A stretch of DNA of 63,728 bases, filler included, from Kipferlia bialata (Eukaryota), in NCBI GenBank assembly GCA_003568945.1. It is 7 parts of 7 records of this genome, joined end to end, with 100 filler letters (N's around TTAATTAATTAA, not from the genome) between each part and the next. Parts side by side here need not be neighbours in the genome. Positions count along the whole stretch, not along the records: positions 22,446 to 33,562 come from BDIP01001286.1; positions 33,663 to 44,775 come from BDIP01001287.1; 5 more parts are not named here. One strand, 5' to 3'. Below the pieces are notes generated by a model. The model saw only the letters and a list, made by a program, of their open reading frames with translations. It did not search any database and was not told the DNA's origin. This document shows, piece by piece, positions 25,401 to 37,870 of this stretch (position 1 is its first letter; every line of letters begins with the position of its first letter). Made by a program: the position numbers and the translations under genes.

Positions 25401-28400
25401 CCTTGGTAGACAGAGGGTGGGTGGATGGGTGGGTGTCGTTAGTGTGTGACACAGAGTAGGAGTCACTTAAGACACTCTTCTTGGTATCTCTCTCTCCCTC
25501 CCCCTCTCCGTCTCCCTCTATGTCACTCTCATCCCCCTCTATGCTTCTGTCTGGTAGTGTCACTGCCTCGGGCAGGGGGGACAGGGCATCGGAACAGGCC
25601 TTGCAGCCCCTGATGCGTTAGACCCTACAAATACACAAGTTGACACACACATATATATAGGAGACAACTCCTATAAAAAATATAGTATGAATGAATGTAT
25701 ATCTTGTAATAGTATACTATATTCACTGACAATACTCTTATAAAATGTACTATAGAAATTCACAATAATTATACTTATCCCTGACACGTACCATATATAG
25801 TATATGCACAATACGTATATACACTCATATATATAATCATATACCTGACCCCTGACCCCGGTCTGTGTGTGAGGGGAGGTGTGTCCTGGTCCCTGTCCTT
25901 GGTCCTGGGGGGTGAGAGATACAAAGATACTTATAAACATACATATATGATTGCGAATATATATTAATATATATACGTCCTGGTCTCTGTCCTTGGCCCT
26001 GGACATGGGTGAGGTATGTATATATATACATAGAAATATACACGCCATACATGTAATGACTCTAAACAAAATAAATTACAGCTTATATTATATATATATA
26101 TATATTATTATTTATTTATGTATTATATTATTTATGTATACACACGCACCACTCCAGGGATGGTGCCCCACTCTTGACCCTGATGTCCAGACAGGAGCCA
26201 AAGGTGCTAGGGGTTAGATATAGAGGGGATATACGTATATGTATACATATATATATATATATAGTATAGTTAAACTATCTACATTGACCCTGATGTCCAG
26301 ACAGGAGCCAAAGGTGCTAGGGGTCAGTAAGAGTTTATAACAACTATACCACCCACAATTCATACCTAGATGTAATAGTGTGTGGGCTGGGGTCTGTCAG
26401 AGTGTCTACACAGTATATATATATATATATAATATATATACACACACACCCATATATATACAATATACTATGTACTGTACATACACAGAATACCTTTTTG
26501 ATACCGATAATACATACCAGCACATACACATGTACTATATATACCTTGACGTTATGGACTGAGGGCTGTGGTCTGTGAGTGTGTCTGCACTGGAAGCTAT
26601 GCTGAAGGAGTTCCAGGCGGTGATGCTGAGGTTAGTACAAAGAATATATCAATTATAGATATATATACAATGTATAATAATCAGTGCGTGTATAATGTAC
26701 ATGGTGTATGGATGCTATGCTGAAGGAGTTCCACGCAGTAATGCTGATGGGTTAGGGACATATGTTCACATGTATATATAGATATACTATATATATATAA
26801 TGTATATAATGTAAATGGTGTATGGATGCTATGCTGAAGGAGTTCCAGGCGGTGATGCTAAGGGGTTAGACAGATATATAATATTATATAATACTATATA
26901 TATCATACGTATGTATATATCATAAGCATGTATATAAAGAATACCAAATATTGGATACACAATGTATGCTATGGTGAAGGAGTTCCAGGCAGTGATGCTT
27001 GTATGAGATACATTTGTCAATATAGAGCAAAGAGAAATGTATCATGACAACTCATATAGCTGAAGGAGATCCATGCACGGATACTGGTGAAAGAGGACTC
27101 ATATGTCGTTGCGTATCTGGAAAACCCTACTCCTTGTCCATGACACACACATATATATACACACAGACACACACACACACATATATATATATATATGTGT
27201 ATGTATATATCGACTAATGACATCATATATCTATATCCTTGTATCTATAAATGTATATATATATATGTATATGTATACCTAGTGCTCTTCCCGTCCTTGT
27301 CCATGAGGGTGGCCTCTGAGCCCTGCATCCAGTCAGACCTGAGTGTAAGGTATACAGATATACAGATATCTATGATACCGTATCTACCTGTCTACATTTG
27401 CATCTTCCCACAAATCCCCCTCCGACCCTGTCGTATGTTAGGAATAATACACACTATACTATATATATATACGTTGCTGAATCATGTGCATCCTATACCT
27501 GTTCACATGTGTCTCTCCCTCTCTATCCCCCTCTGACCCTGTTATCTGCAGGGTATGCAGGTCACTGTCCTCCACGACATACAGAGACGCAAGGTCCTGC
27601 ATATAAGAAAGAGGATATTTATAGAGTATATGCAGTATACTATATATATATATATATATATATATGGGTATGCAGGTGACCTCCACCACATAGAGAGAGG
27701 CAAGGTCCTAAGGGGTAAGTGTAGGATATACTATATATTCATATGTGTCATATATACACTACACGATACTATACTCCACAACTCTATACTAAATGAAATA
27801 TGCCTCATATTGTATTGACTAGTGTTGTTAGAGTATGAATTTACATCCTACCTCTGTATCACTAGACCCGTCTGTCTCTGGTGTCTGCACAAGTGGGTCA
27901 GCCCCACCACTAATGTATATGTATAAATATATATATATATATATGAATGATTACACTCTTATAATATAGTGGCTCACCTCTGTATCACTAGATCCGTCTG
28001 TCTCTGGCGTCTGTACCAGTGGGTCAGCCCCACCACCCACTGTAGATAGAGGTGCCATGCCCATATCGGTCTCTCTCTCTCCCTCCCTCTCCTCCAGCTC
28101 ATGCATGTCACCCTCATACGACAGCTTCTGATGATAAGGTATCTAGATACATACATATATATACATTCATATATATTTATAGAGAGAGAGAGATAGTGCA
28201 TGTCATCCTCGTAGGATAGCTTCTGGTGATAAGATACACTAATACATATGCATATCCCTCGCTATTCACTGATATATATAGCTATGCTAGATCATGCACG
28301 TCAGCCTCGTACGCACAGTGTGTATATATATATATGTATACATATATATATATATATGTGTGTGTGTATTCACTATTCACTATTCCCTCACCTCCAGGTC

Positions 28401-31400
28401 AGTGTGTGAGCCAATGGAGCCTACACACTATCCAATGCATAGTATATGGATATGTATTTAGTACTCTGTAAACTATATATCTATATGTATTATACTATCC
28501 ATTATATACTATACTATATATTATACTATTCCACTACCTCCAGGTCAGTGTGTGAGCCAATGGTGCCTACACACTATCTAATGCATAGTATATGGATATG
28601 TATTATAAATATGTATTATACTATCCTTTATATACTATACTATATACTATACTATTCCACTACCTCCAGGTCAGTGTGTGATCCAATGGTACCTACACAC
28701 TATCCAATGCATAGTATATGGATATGTATTATAAATATGTATTATACTGTCCATTATGTACTATACTATATACTATACTATACCCCTACCTTCAGGTCAG
28801 TATGTGATCCAATCGTGCCACGCCGCTTGGACACTGGGGGGTGAGGGAAGGGAATGCGCCTCTTCTTTTATATGTACAGGTCTCATATATACATATATAT
28901 ATACATACAGTGACACCTTAACTTTTACACATGAAAATGTATATATCATACCTGTTGCTGAGAATACTGTCCTTCTAATATATACAAGCATATCTATATA
29001 TTGCTGTCTCATATGTATATGTATATATACGAAGTACTTAGCATGATACCTGTGGCTGAGAAGGCTGCCCTTCTCTTGATCCCAGACCCAGAGTGACTGT
29101 CTCTGTCTCTATCTCTCTCTCTTCTCTTGAGCTCGCCCAGCAGAGCACCAGAGCCCCTGGTGTTAGACAAGTATACTACATAATGTATACATATAATACA
29201 CATATACATATATGCAACAGGATACCTGATGTACTTGGGTGACGGGACAGGCAGGAGCTGACTGCTGCTGCCTGACGGGTTAGGGAATATTGGTTACAGA
29301 CACAATTATAGACACAATTATAGACGCAATTATAGACACAAATTTAGAGGTGCATCTAAATACTACAATGCCGACTATACAATATATGATATATACCGGT
29401 CGAGGTCCCTCTCCTAACCACTATTCTCCCATAGATACAGGTTAACATCTAAATGATAACCATGTCGACTACACAACATATATATATATGTATGTAAGTA
29501 CATATACTACACTATATACCTGCTGACGTTCCAACCACCGGACTCCCAGTGTACTCCCTCACCCTCTCTCTCTCCTTCTCCCTCTCCGTCTCGGTCGTGA
29601 TTCCCTTGTGACTATGTCTGAAGGGTCAAAAATGAATAAAGGGGTACCAGAGAGGGAGAAAGAAGGTCACGAAGCGAGGAAGGGAGACTAGATATCGCAG
29701 GAATCTCCAGAAAGAAAGAGAGATAGTACACTATGGCATTGTAGGCACTGATATATATATATATATATTAATATATATACATATATATACCTATGGTGGG
29801 GTGTAGATGTAAATACAACAAAAGTATGTAGTATATATAAATACACTCATATACCTGTGGTGTAGTGTGGGCACTGACACTGGTACGTATCCCATACTCC
29901 TAACCCTGTGGTGTCCACTAGTACTACTTCTCTCTCCCTCTCTCTCCCTCTCCATCTCCCCATCTTCTCCTTGTATGGATGCCGTACTGCAAACGGTGCT
30001 GTGGTACTGTGTCTGGTCTATTAATAGACTGGAGGCTTCCGTGGAGAGACTGAGGGGGTGAGGGTGTAGAAGGGAGGCTAGTCTGACATGTATATATGTA
30101 TATAAACTATACACAGACAGATTCGGAGGTGAGGGTACATAATATTTGTATGTGCACGTGTGTACATACCTGTCTTCCCCCAATGGCACTGTGGACAGCT
30201 AGAAACACAGAAATATGATATACTATATATAATATATATATGACAATATATGATAAATTCTCAATTCCATACTGAGTGTACCTGTCAGCTCCTGATGGCA
30301 CTGTGGACAGCTGGGGTCTGGGGGTTAGACTATTACACTAGTATGTATAACACTAATAAATGCACTTGTATATATATATATACAAATATATATACATATG
30401 TATATAGCTGGGGTCTGGGTATTAGACTACTCTAGACGGATAGAAACGGATTATGGACAGACTACCGTCACACCGATACCTGATAGAAACACTAAGACCA
30501 CATGGATACTTGATTGGTAGGAATACATAATATGTATATATATATCAATATACCTGATTGGAGCACTGTCTCTGTGAACTCTCTCTCTCTCCCCACTGCG
30601 GCTGTGGCTGGGGTTAACATACAGCATACAAAGAATACTACATATATATATATATATGACACGTATAGTTATCAGACTCTCCCTATCCCTCTCTCCACTG
30701 TGGTTGTGGCTGGTGTTAACATAGAACATATACATAGCATACATATACATGAGTATACAATATGTATATCAGACAGAACTATCTCTCCACTGTGGCTGTG
30801 GCTGAGGTTGGGAGCAGTATAAGGGGGTAGAATAGCAAAAGAAATGCATATCAAAATACATGTGTAGACAATATAGACTATATGTGGCATACACCATACC
30901 TGTGTGTGTGTGACATTATGTCCTGGGTGGACTGGGTGGCCATCAGGGTGTGGGTGCTGGGGTGAGAATACAACTATATACACATATACATACGTAACTA
31001 TATACATAGAGAGAGAGAGAGTCATAATGGGTGGACTGGGTGGCCATCAGGGTGTGGGTGCTGGGTATGAGTACCAATGTATATATATATATATATGTAC
31101 ATAGAGAGAGAGAGGGAGAGAGAGAGAGAGATTGGGTGGTCATAAATGCCCAACCATATTCTGAACCCCCTCTCCCATATACACACAAGTATAGTTATCA
31201 GAAGACTAACATAAATGAAAATGAGCTAGCGTTCCAAACCGACTCCTCCACCCCGAACCCTCCTCTGCCATATATGTCTAACTGATATATACAGAGATGG
31301 AGATATATATACAGACTCACCCCATCCCAAACCCTCTCCCTGTCTCGAAGTGCCCTCTCTCTGTCCTCCCTCTCTCTCGCTGGGGGGGAAGGGACGCAGA

Positions 31401-33420
31401 GAAGGACAGGCCCTGGAGGTAAGGTATTAACACTGTATACTAGTGTATATNNNNNNNNNNNNNNNNNNNNNNNNNNNNNNNNNNNNNNNNNNNNNNNNNN
31501 NNNNNNNNNNNNNNNNNNNNNNNNNNNNNNNNACACATATCCAATCTCTCTGGGGGGGAAGGGAGGCAGAGAAGGACAGGCCCTGGACTAAGACACTGAT
31601 ACTATATACTATATATATATAGTATACTCTATAGCCCTGGGTGTGAGACATACAGGGGTAGGGTCCAAAAGTTAATCCATCTTCTCAACAGTGTATACAG
31701 TAAATATACAAATATGTATATACTGTCCATACCTCCAGGTATGGCTGCGATGGTGAGTCCTTGACCACACCCAGGGGTGGTTGGTCCATGTCCCACAGGC
31801 CTAAGAAGTGAGGGAAGTACTAATATATAGATGATACATAGACAGAGAGAGAGAGACAGAGGAGGCTGGTCCATGTCCCACAGGCCCAGGGGTCTGGGCA
31901 TGGATGATAAGAATACTCCTGTATAAACATTAATGAATACACACTAATACATACCCCCATTCATGCTGACCCTTCTGCTGCTGTGCACAAGCATAGTCTA
32001 TCTCTCTATATATCTGCATATATATACATTAATGTATAACTTCACACTTGCCTCCATTCATGCTGACCCTTCTGCTGAAGTGCACCTATCACTCTCTCTC
32101 TCTCTCTCTATCTCTCTATTTCTATTTCTATATATATACATATACATATCTATATACATACCCCCATTCATGCTGACCCTTCTGCTGAAGTGCACGGGCT
32201 GGGTCACAAACTCAGGAATCAGGTCGAGGCTGGAGTGAGAATCAATAGTATCAGTACTATATATATTTATGTGGGTATATATAGTATGTGGGTATACTAT
32301 TATATATGTGTGATTGGTCACAGACTCAGGGATCAGGTCGAGGTTGGAGTGAGAATAGTAAACGTGTAACTTTCACTCTGTATGTATATGGGTGTATGTA
32401 TAGGAAGGGCTAGGTCACAAACTCAGGGATCAGGTCGAGGTTGGAGTGAGTGCAGAGTATACTAATCATTCACGTACACTGTTACTTAGTGAATAGATAC
32501 CTGCTCGTGTTATGTGACATCTATGTAGTATACTGATTCACTCTTTCGAATATATAAATGACTGAATATATGTATTTGAAAAATATATATATGTATGTAT
32601 AACACCCACCTGCTTGTGTTGTGTGACACTGACCCCCCTCTGCTCTTGGCCTCTCTCTCTCTCTCCCTGTCTCTAGTCACAACACTCCTCTGGCGGGACA
32701 GGACCTGAGGATTAGAGAGAAACGTGTCGTGTCTCCTGAGACCGGTTGTCTCAACATATATGAATATACACCTCCGCAAACATGCACATAATACCAATCA
32801 TACACGTTAGGACATATCACTATATATATATATATACCTGCGACAGGAATGTGTCGTGTCGCCTGAGACCTGTTGGTCTGACGGGGACAAGGGGCTGGGG
32901 TTAGCACATATATGACGCATTGATAGAAGAAAACACTATCCTAATACAATGTTACTATCAAATTACTGTATAGAGGTCAGACATGAGTGAGGAAGACTGA
33001 GAAGAGAAAAGGCAGTAGAGAGAACACTATGTTGACAGAGGTTACGCACCTCTCCCTCTGTGTCTGACAAGAGGCATCGATATAGTATATATATTGTATA
33101 TCACATATAGCATATATAGTATATACATTATACATATGTACCTCCCCCTCTGTGTCTGTGTCTGACAGGTGTCATTCATATACCATCTATAGTATCCTAT
33201 ATATATGGTATATAGTCATTATGTATTATGTATGTATGTATATTTCAATGGTATACCTCCCCCTCTGTGTCTGTGTCTGACAGGTGTCCATCCCCCAGGG
33301 CATCTAGCAGACTGCGGGTGAGATATACATATAAGGTATACATAGAGTGTGTGAGAGAGAGAGAGAGAGAGAGGTAGGGGAGGAGGGGTAGTCCATCACC
33401 CAGGGCATCTAGGAGACTGA
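22446..33420 (-). CDS. Internal part of a large, many-exon gene encoding a Ser/Thr/ER-rich low-complexity protein of unknown function; truncated at both contig ends
   Basis: Dozens of short GC-rich exons bounded by minus-strand GT/AG sites and separated by TA-rich introns. Examples: SLLDALGDGHLSDTDTEGE, HSSLDLIPEFVTQPVHFSRRVSMNGG, RYATTYESSFTSIRAWISFS, LDSLTPPDTETSLCPISRTSS. No domain recognised. Confidence 0.55.
29298..29348. repeat. Intronic minisatellite (AGACACAATTAT) x~4
   Basis: Directly visible 12-bp tandem repeat. Confidence 0.85.
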
Positions 33421-33562
33421 GGATAAGACAGAGAGATGAACTCGTAAGAGAGAGAGATGAGAAGGCGAAGGGAGAATGCTGCATTATCGATACAGTCTGT
33501 GTGTGAGAGGGGGAGGGAGGGGGGGGGGGGGGGGGGGGGGGGTTTGGGGCAAAACAAAATTT

Positions 33563-33662
33563 NNNNNNNNNNNNNNNNNNNNNNNNNNNNNNNNNNNNNN
33601 NNNNNNTTAATTAATTAANNNNNNNNNNNNNNNNNNNNNNNNNNNNNNNNNNNNNNNNNNNN
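33563..33662. other. Artificial contig linker
   Basis: N44-TTAATTAATTAA-N44. Confidence 0.98.
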
Positions 33663-33714
33663 ATTTAATAGGGTCTAAAAAACCCCCCCCCCCCCCCCCC
33701 ATTCCTCACCTCAG

Positions 33715-34380
33715 ATTGAGACCCGTGCTTGTGTCCCCATCTCCCAGATCACAGGGGGCATGACCAAGCCAGAGGGCGGTGCTGCCCTAGCCATAGCTGT
33801 GGAGCCAGAGGCAGAGGCAGGGTGCCCCGACATCCCATGCCCGGCTGTGTCACCAATGGCAGAGGGGCAGGGAGAGGAGGTGCATGGAGAGACAGAGGCA
33901 GTGGTAGAGGCAGAGACTGGGGTGGAGGCTGTTGGAGAGGCTGCCTCCCCTGCTCCTGAAGAGAGTGCCTCCCTAGTGGACTTTGGCTCGGACCCTGTGC
34001 CCCAGTCTGAGGGTGTGTCTCTGGTGGATATGGAGCCTTCTCCCTCTCCCTCTCCCTCCCCTGAGACTGGGGCCTCTCTCATAGACATGGATGAGGGTGG
34101 GAGCGGGTCTCCCTCCCTTGTGGACCTAGACCCTGTGGAGACACAGCCACAGACACAGGCACCGGTGTCCATGATTGAGTTTGGCGAGGAGCCTGTGGCC
34201 ATGGTTGACTTTGGCAGCGAGTCGCCATCAGTCAAGCCGCAATCTGCTTCAGCGTCAGCATCAGTGTCTGAGGTGTCCCAGACCCGGTCCCCCCCCTCCA
34301 ACCCAGCCACATTTGGCAGTGTGCTCTATTCAGATATGGCAGCTATCAGGGAGCAGCTGGATGACCTCATAGAGGACTGA
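33715..34380 (+). CDS. Terminal exon of an acidic, disordered protein with six clathrin-box-like motifs
   Basis: CTCACCTCAG acceptor, then an E/P/S-rich ORF containing SLVDFG, SLVDME, SLIDMD, SLVDLD, SMIEFG and AMVDFG, ending QLDDLIED*. Confidence 0.6.
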   Translation: METRACVPISQITGGMTKPEGGAALAIAVEPEAEAGCPDIPCPAVSPMAEGQGEEVHGETEAVVEAETGVEAVGEAASPAPEESASLVDFGSDPVPQSEGVSLVDMEPSPSPSPSPETGASLIDMDEGGSGSPSLVDLDPVETQPQTQAPVSMIEFGEEPVAMVDFGSESPSVKPQSASASASVSEVSQTRSPPSNPATFGSVLYSDMAAIREQLDDLIED

Positions 34381-34728
34381 GAGGGAACCATTGTGTGACT
34401 GGTATAGGGGGCATTGACACATCATGGGTGCTTCACAGAGGTCTATTTGACCCACACCCACGAGACAGGACTGAATATACAGACAGTAGAATGAAGTGAG
34501 AGATAGAGCCGTTAAATCCTAGTTGCCATCTGTGTTGTGGTATTGATCAGTAACACATGTGTACATCCAACCACATTCTCTCTCTATATTACACTAGTCA
34601 TATGCCCTCCTTCTGGCCATGGCCGTATCCACCATGAAGTCCCTCACACACGGGTAGACGGCATCGTCTGGAGTTAGTGGGACTTAGAGATTGTCAACTC
34701 ATGAACGAATGAATAAGTGGTACGGGGT

Positions 34729-34765
<37 letters not shown>

Positions 34766-34908
34766 GGGGNNNNNNNNNNNNNNNNNNNNNNNNNNNNNTT
34801 CTGGGGGGCGCTTTTTTGCAACCCCCCCCCCCCCCCCCCCCCCCTCCCAAGGAGTGGAGTGTATATACCTCTGTCTATATTTATAACACCCTTCACTCAT
34901 CCTAGGTC

Positions 34909-34986
34909 ATGCTGAACCGTGCCAAGAAGACCCTTTCCCAGAGGACCAAGAAGGGGGAGCCCATCAGCAGGGTCAGGTTAGTAACA

Positions 34987-35017
<31 letters not shown>

Positions 35018-35122
35018 ACTCCCCCCCCCTCTCCCAATATACAGAAGAACTCTATATTCTATATTCCCACTATCTCATTCTAGGTCCCGAGTGCGTGTTG
35101 GCATGCTGTCCCATGCGTAACA

Positions 35123-35153
<31 letters not shown>

Positions 35154-36746
35154 TCTCATTCTAGGTCCCGTGTGCGTGTTGGCATGCTGTCCCATGCATC
35201 TCTCTCTCTCTCTCTCTCTACTATCTCATTCTAGGTCCCGAGTGCGTGTTGGCATGCTGTCCCATGCGTCTCTCTCTGGCCCCCTGGACTGTCTCTCTCT
35301 CTTCCCCAACCTCACCAGCCTGATGGCATTCGACAACGCATTCACAGAGGTGTATAGAGTGTTAGTCCATATCATTATTTATAGTGTATGGTGTATATAT
35401 ATATATATATCATACTCACCAGCCTGATGGCATTCGACAACGCATTCACAGAGGTAGGTATATGTAGAGACTGGTTGATCATACACAGTCTCCCGATATG
35501 TATTCAAGGTTCAATTCACACATGGTCTACCATACATGTCTGGTCTCTGTCGCCATGTGATGGATGCCCCCCCCCCCCTCTTCTCCTATCACTTTCTCCT
35601 AGAAATATGTACAATACTTACCCCAGGTCTCCGGTGCCCACCTCCCCAACCTGATTGAGCTGGACCTGTCCAAGAACAGCCTGGCCACATACCCATTGTC
35701 ACTCTTCACACCCAGACTGGCCATACTGAGGTATGCTTGTATAACATATAGAACAGTGTACTATATACAACTTCCATATTCATCTGACACCCAGACTGGC
35801 CATACTGAGGTATATCCTGTATAGTATACAATGTATATGTACTTTACCTACAACTTCTGTATTCATATGCACACCGAGACTGTCCATACTGAGGTAGGGT
35901 ACGTGTGTCTGTCTCTGTGTCATCGGTCAGCCTATATCCTATCCTGCTCTCAATATTCCAGACAATATATTTCTCTGCTCATCACCTATGGGCCTTCCCC
36001 CTCTCACATCCAGGATAGGCTACAACTCGATGAGGACAGTGAGCCTGCCTCCTCTCCCATGCCTCAGGTACACTATTTATATGAGATATAATCATGCATA
36101 CATACATATATATATATATATGTATATATATATATGTGTGAGTGTGTGTGTGCGTGTGTGTGGATAAGTAGCTCACCGACACTTACACTCTTGGTCTTCT
36201 CTGCCATGCCTCAGGTACACATCTCCCTCCCACTCCTTCCTCTCTCTGTTTCTTTCACTCAAACACCCTCTCCCTCCCTCTTACCCCCAGAGAGCTAGAT
36301 GTCAGCCACCAGAGGGATGGTCTCATGTGGCTAGGGAGTGTGCCGGTATCAGAGACTGGGCCAGAGACAGGAGTCATACAGGGAGAGGGAGATGTGGTAC
36401 CAGACCCTTTAGCTGGGTCTCTTGCTGCTGATGCCGCAGCACTTGAAGACAGGCCACCCAGTGTGTTCTCTGAGCTGACCACCCTTGACTTATCTGGCAA
36501 TGCCCTTGACGATGAGGGACTGGTCCTTCTCCTTCGGTCCCTTGTGCTGCCCAGGCTCATGATACTCTCACTCGCAGAGAACAAGGTATGCATTTGCTCT
36601 CTCTCCTTCGTCCGCAACTCTTCTCTACTCTGTGTTGCGTAATGTATATCGTCCTCCCTCGTTATCTCCTCCCTATCTTCACTGTGTATCTCTCACTCAA
36701 TAACCCCAGATCTCCTCCCTGTCCACCCTGTCTGCCATCCACTCTG

Positions 36747-36787
<41 letters not shown>

Positions 36788-37691
36788 ATACCTAACACCA
36801 GATCTCCTCCCTGTCCACCCTGTCTTCCATCCACTCTGCCTGTCCCATGCTCCAGAGCATAGACATGGCAGGGTGCCCAGTGGCCAAGCTTGCGAGGTAT
36901 GTATTTGTGTAAGAGTCTGATAGTGCTTACACATACATATGTGACGGTAATAGGGTGCCCTCAGTCATTCGTATATGTCAACCCTCGTTATCACTATACC
37001 CCCCCCCCACCCCCAGGTACCAGGTGTCTGTGTTCAACTCCATACCAAACGTCAGGGTCATCAACGGAGAGGTCCTGTCGAGGTGGGGTGTATTTTGTAT
37101 ACCTACTATGAGTCTCACTCTCATTGAGTTCAGACATCCAGCCCAATAGTTCATTGTTCTCACCCCAGTCAACGTATCTCCTTCCTGTCTGGCATGCAGA
37201 GAAGGGACAGCGAGAGGCAGAGGGAGAGACAGCGGAGTGCGGTGGCTGAGAGAGAGAGACAGCACCACCTGGAGGCAGAGAGGCAGAGCAGAGACGCAAG
37301 GTCGGTAGTGTCCCTCTTATGGGTTTGAGTCGATGTGATATGTGCTAGTATATACTCTCCCACCCACCCCAGGCGCCATGACCCATCCCTGAGGGTGTAT
37401 GATACAAGACACGCCCTGGCACCCTCTCCCTCCCCAATGGCACCGAGGGAGACAGTCAGACACAGAGAGAGAGACTTTGAGGCAGCCCCAGTGGTTAGCG
37501 CAAGGGCAGAGAGGGAGAGAGAGAGAGAGAGGGTGCCGCGCATGAACAGGGCCACAGTGGCCAGAGAGAGAGCGGCAGAGAGAGACAGGGCAGCTGCCAA
37601 GGAGAGGGAGAGGGAGAGAGAGAGGGAGAGACGGATACCAAGGGAGGGTACCTCCAACCATGTCACGCTGGACGGATTCAGCCTGACATAG
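34909..37691 (+). CDS. PPP1R42: Leucine-rich repeat protein with LRRcap, PPP1R42/LRRC67 (TLRR)-like; first exon probably near 34619-34653
   Basis: LDCLSLFPNLTSLMAFDNAFTEV, LPNLIELDLSKNSL, RELDVSHQR (recalls RELHVENQR of PPP1R42, from memory), LTTLDLSGNAL, LSLAENKI, and the cap IDMAGCPVAKLARYQVSVFNSIPNVRVING. ER-rich tail. Confidence 0.6.
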
Positions 37692-37870
37692 AGGGGTTGG
37701 AGAGAGTATCGTGTAGAATTTAGCAGTAGTTCCGCCTATATATGGGATATAGTGTTTCCATATCATTTGTTACCCCCCTTCCCGCCCTGGAGAAGTGTAC
37801 AATAGATCAAGTGCAAGCCTCTGTGACTAAAGTGTTTTCTCATCATCTCTATTGAATATACTCTACATGT

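Noticed and set aside
31451..31533. Duplication flanking the internal N gap
   Set aside because: The copies at about 31380 and 31550 flank a scaffold gap and could be an assembly overlap, so they are not counted as strong evidence on their own.
33711..34310. 199-aa minus-strand ORF
   Set aside because: It is antisense to the plus-strand exon, which has an acceptor and coherent motifs.
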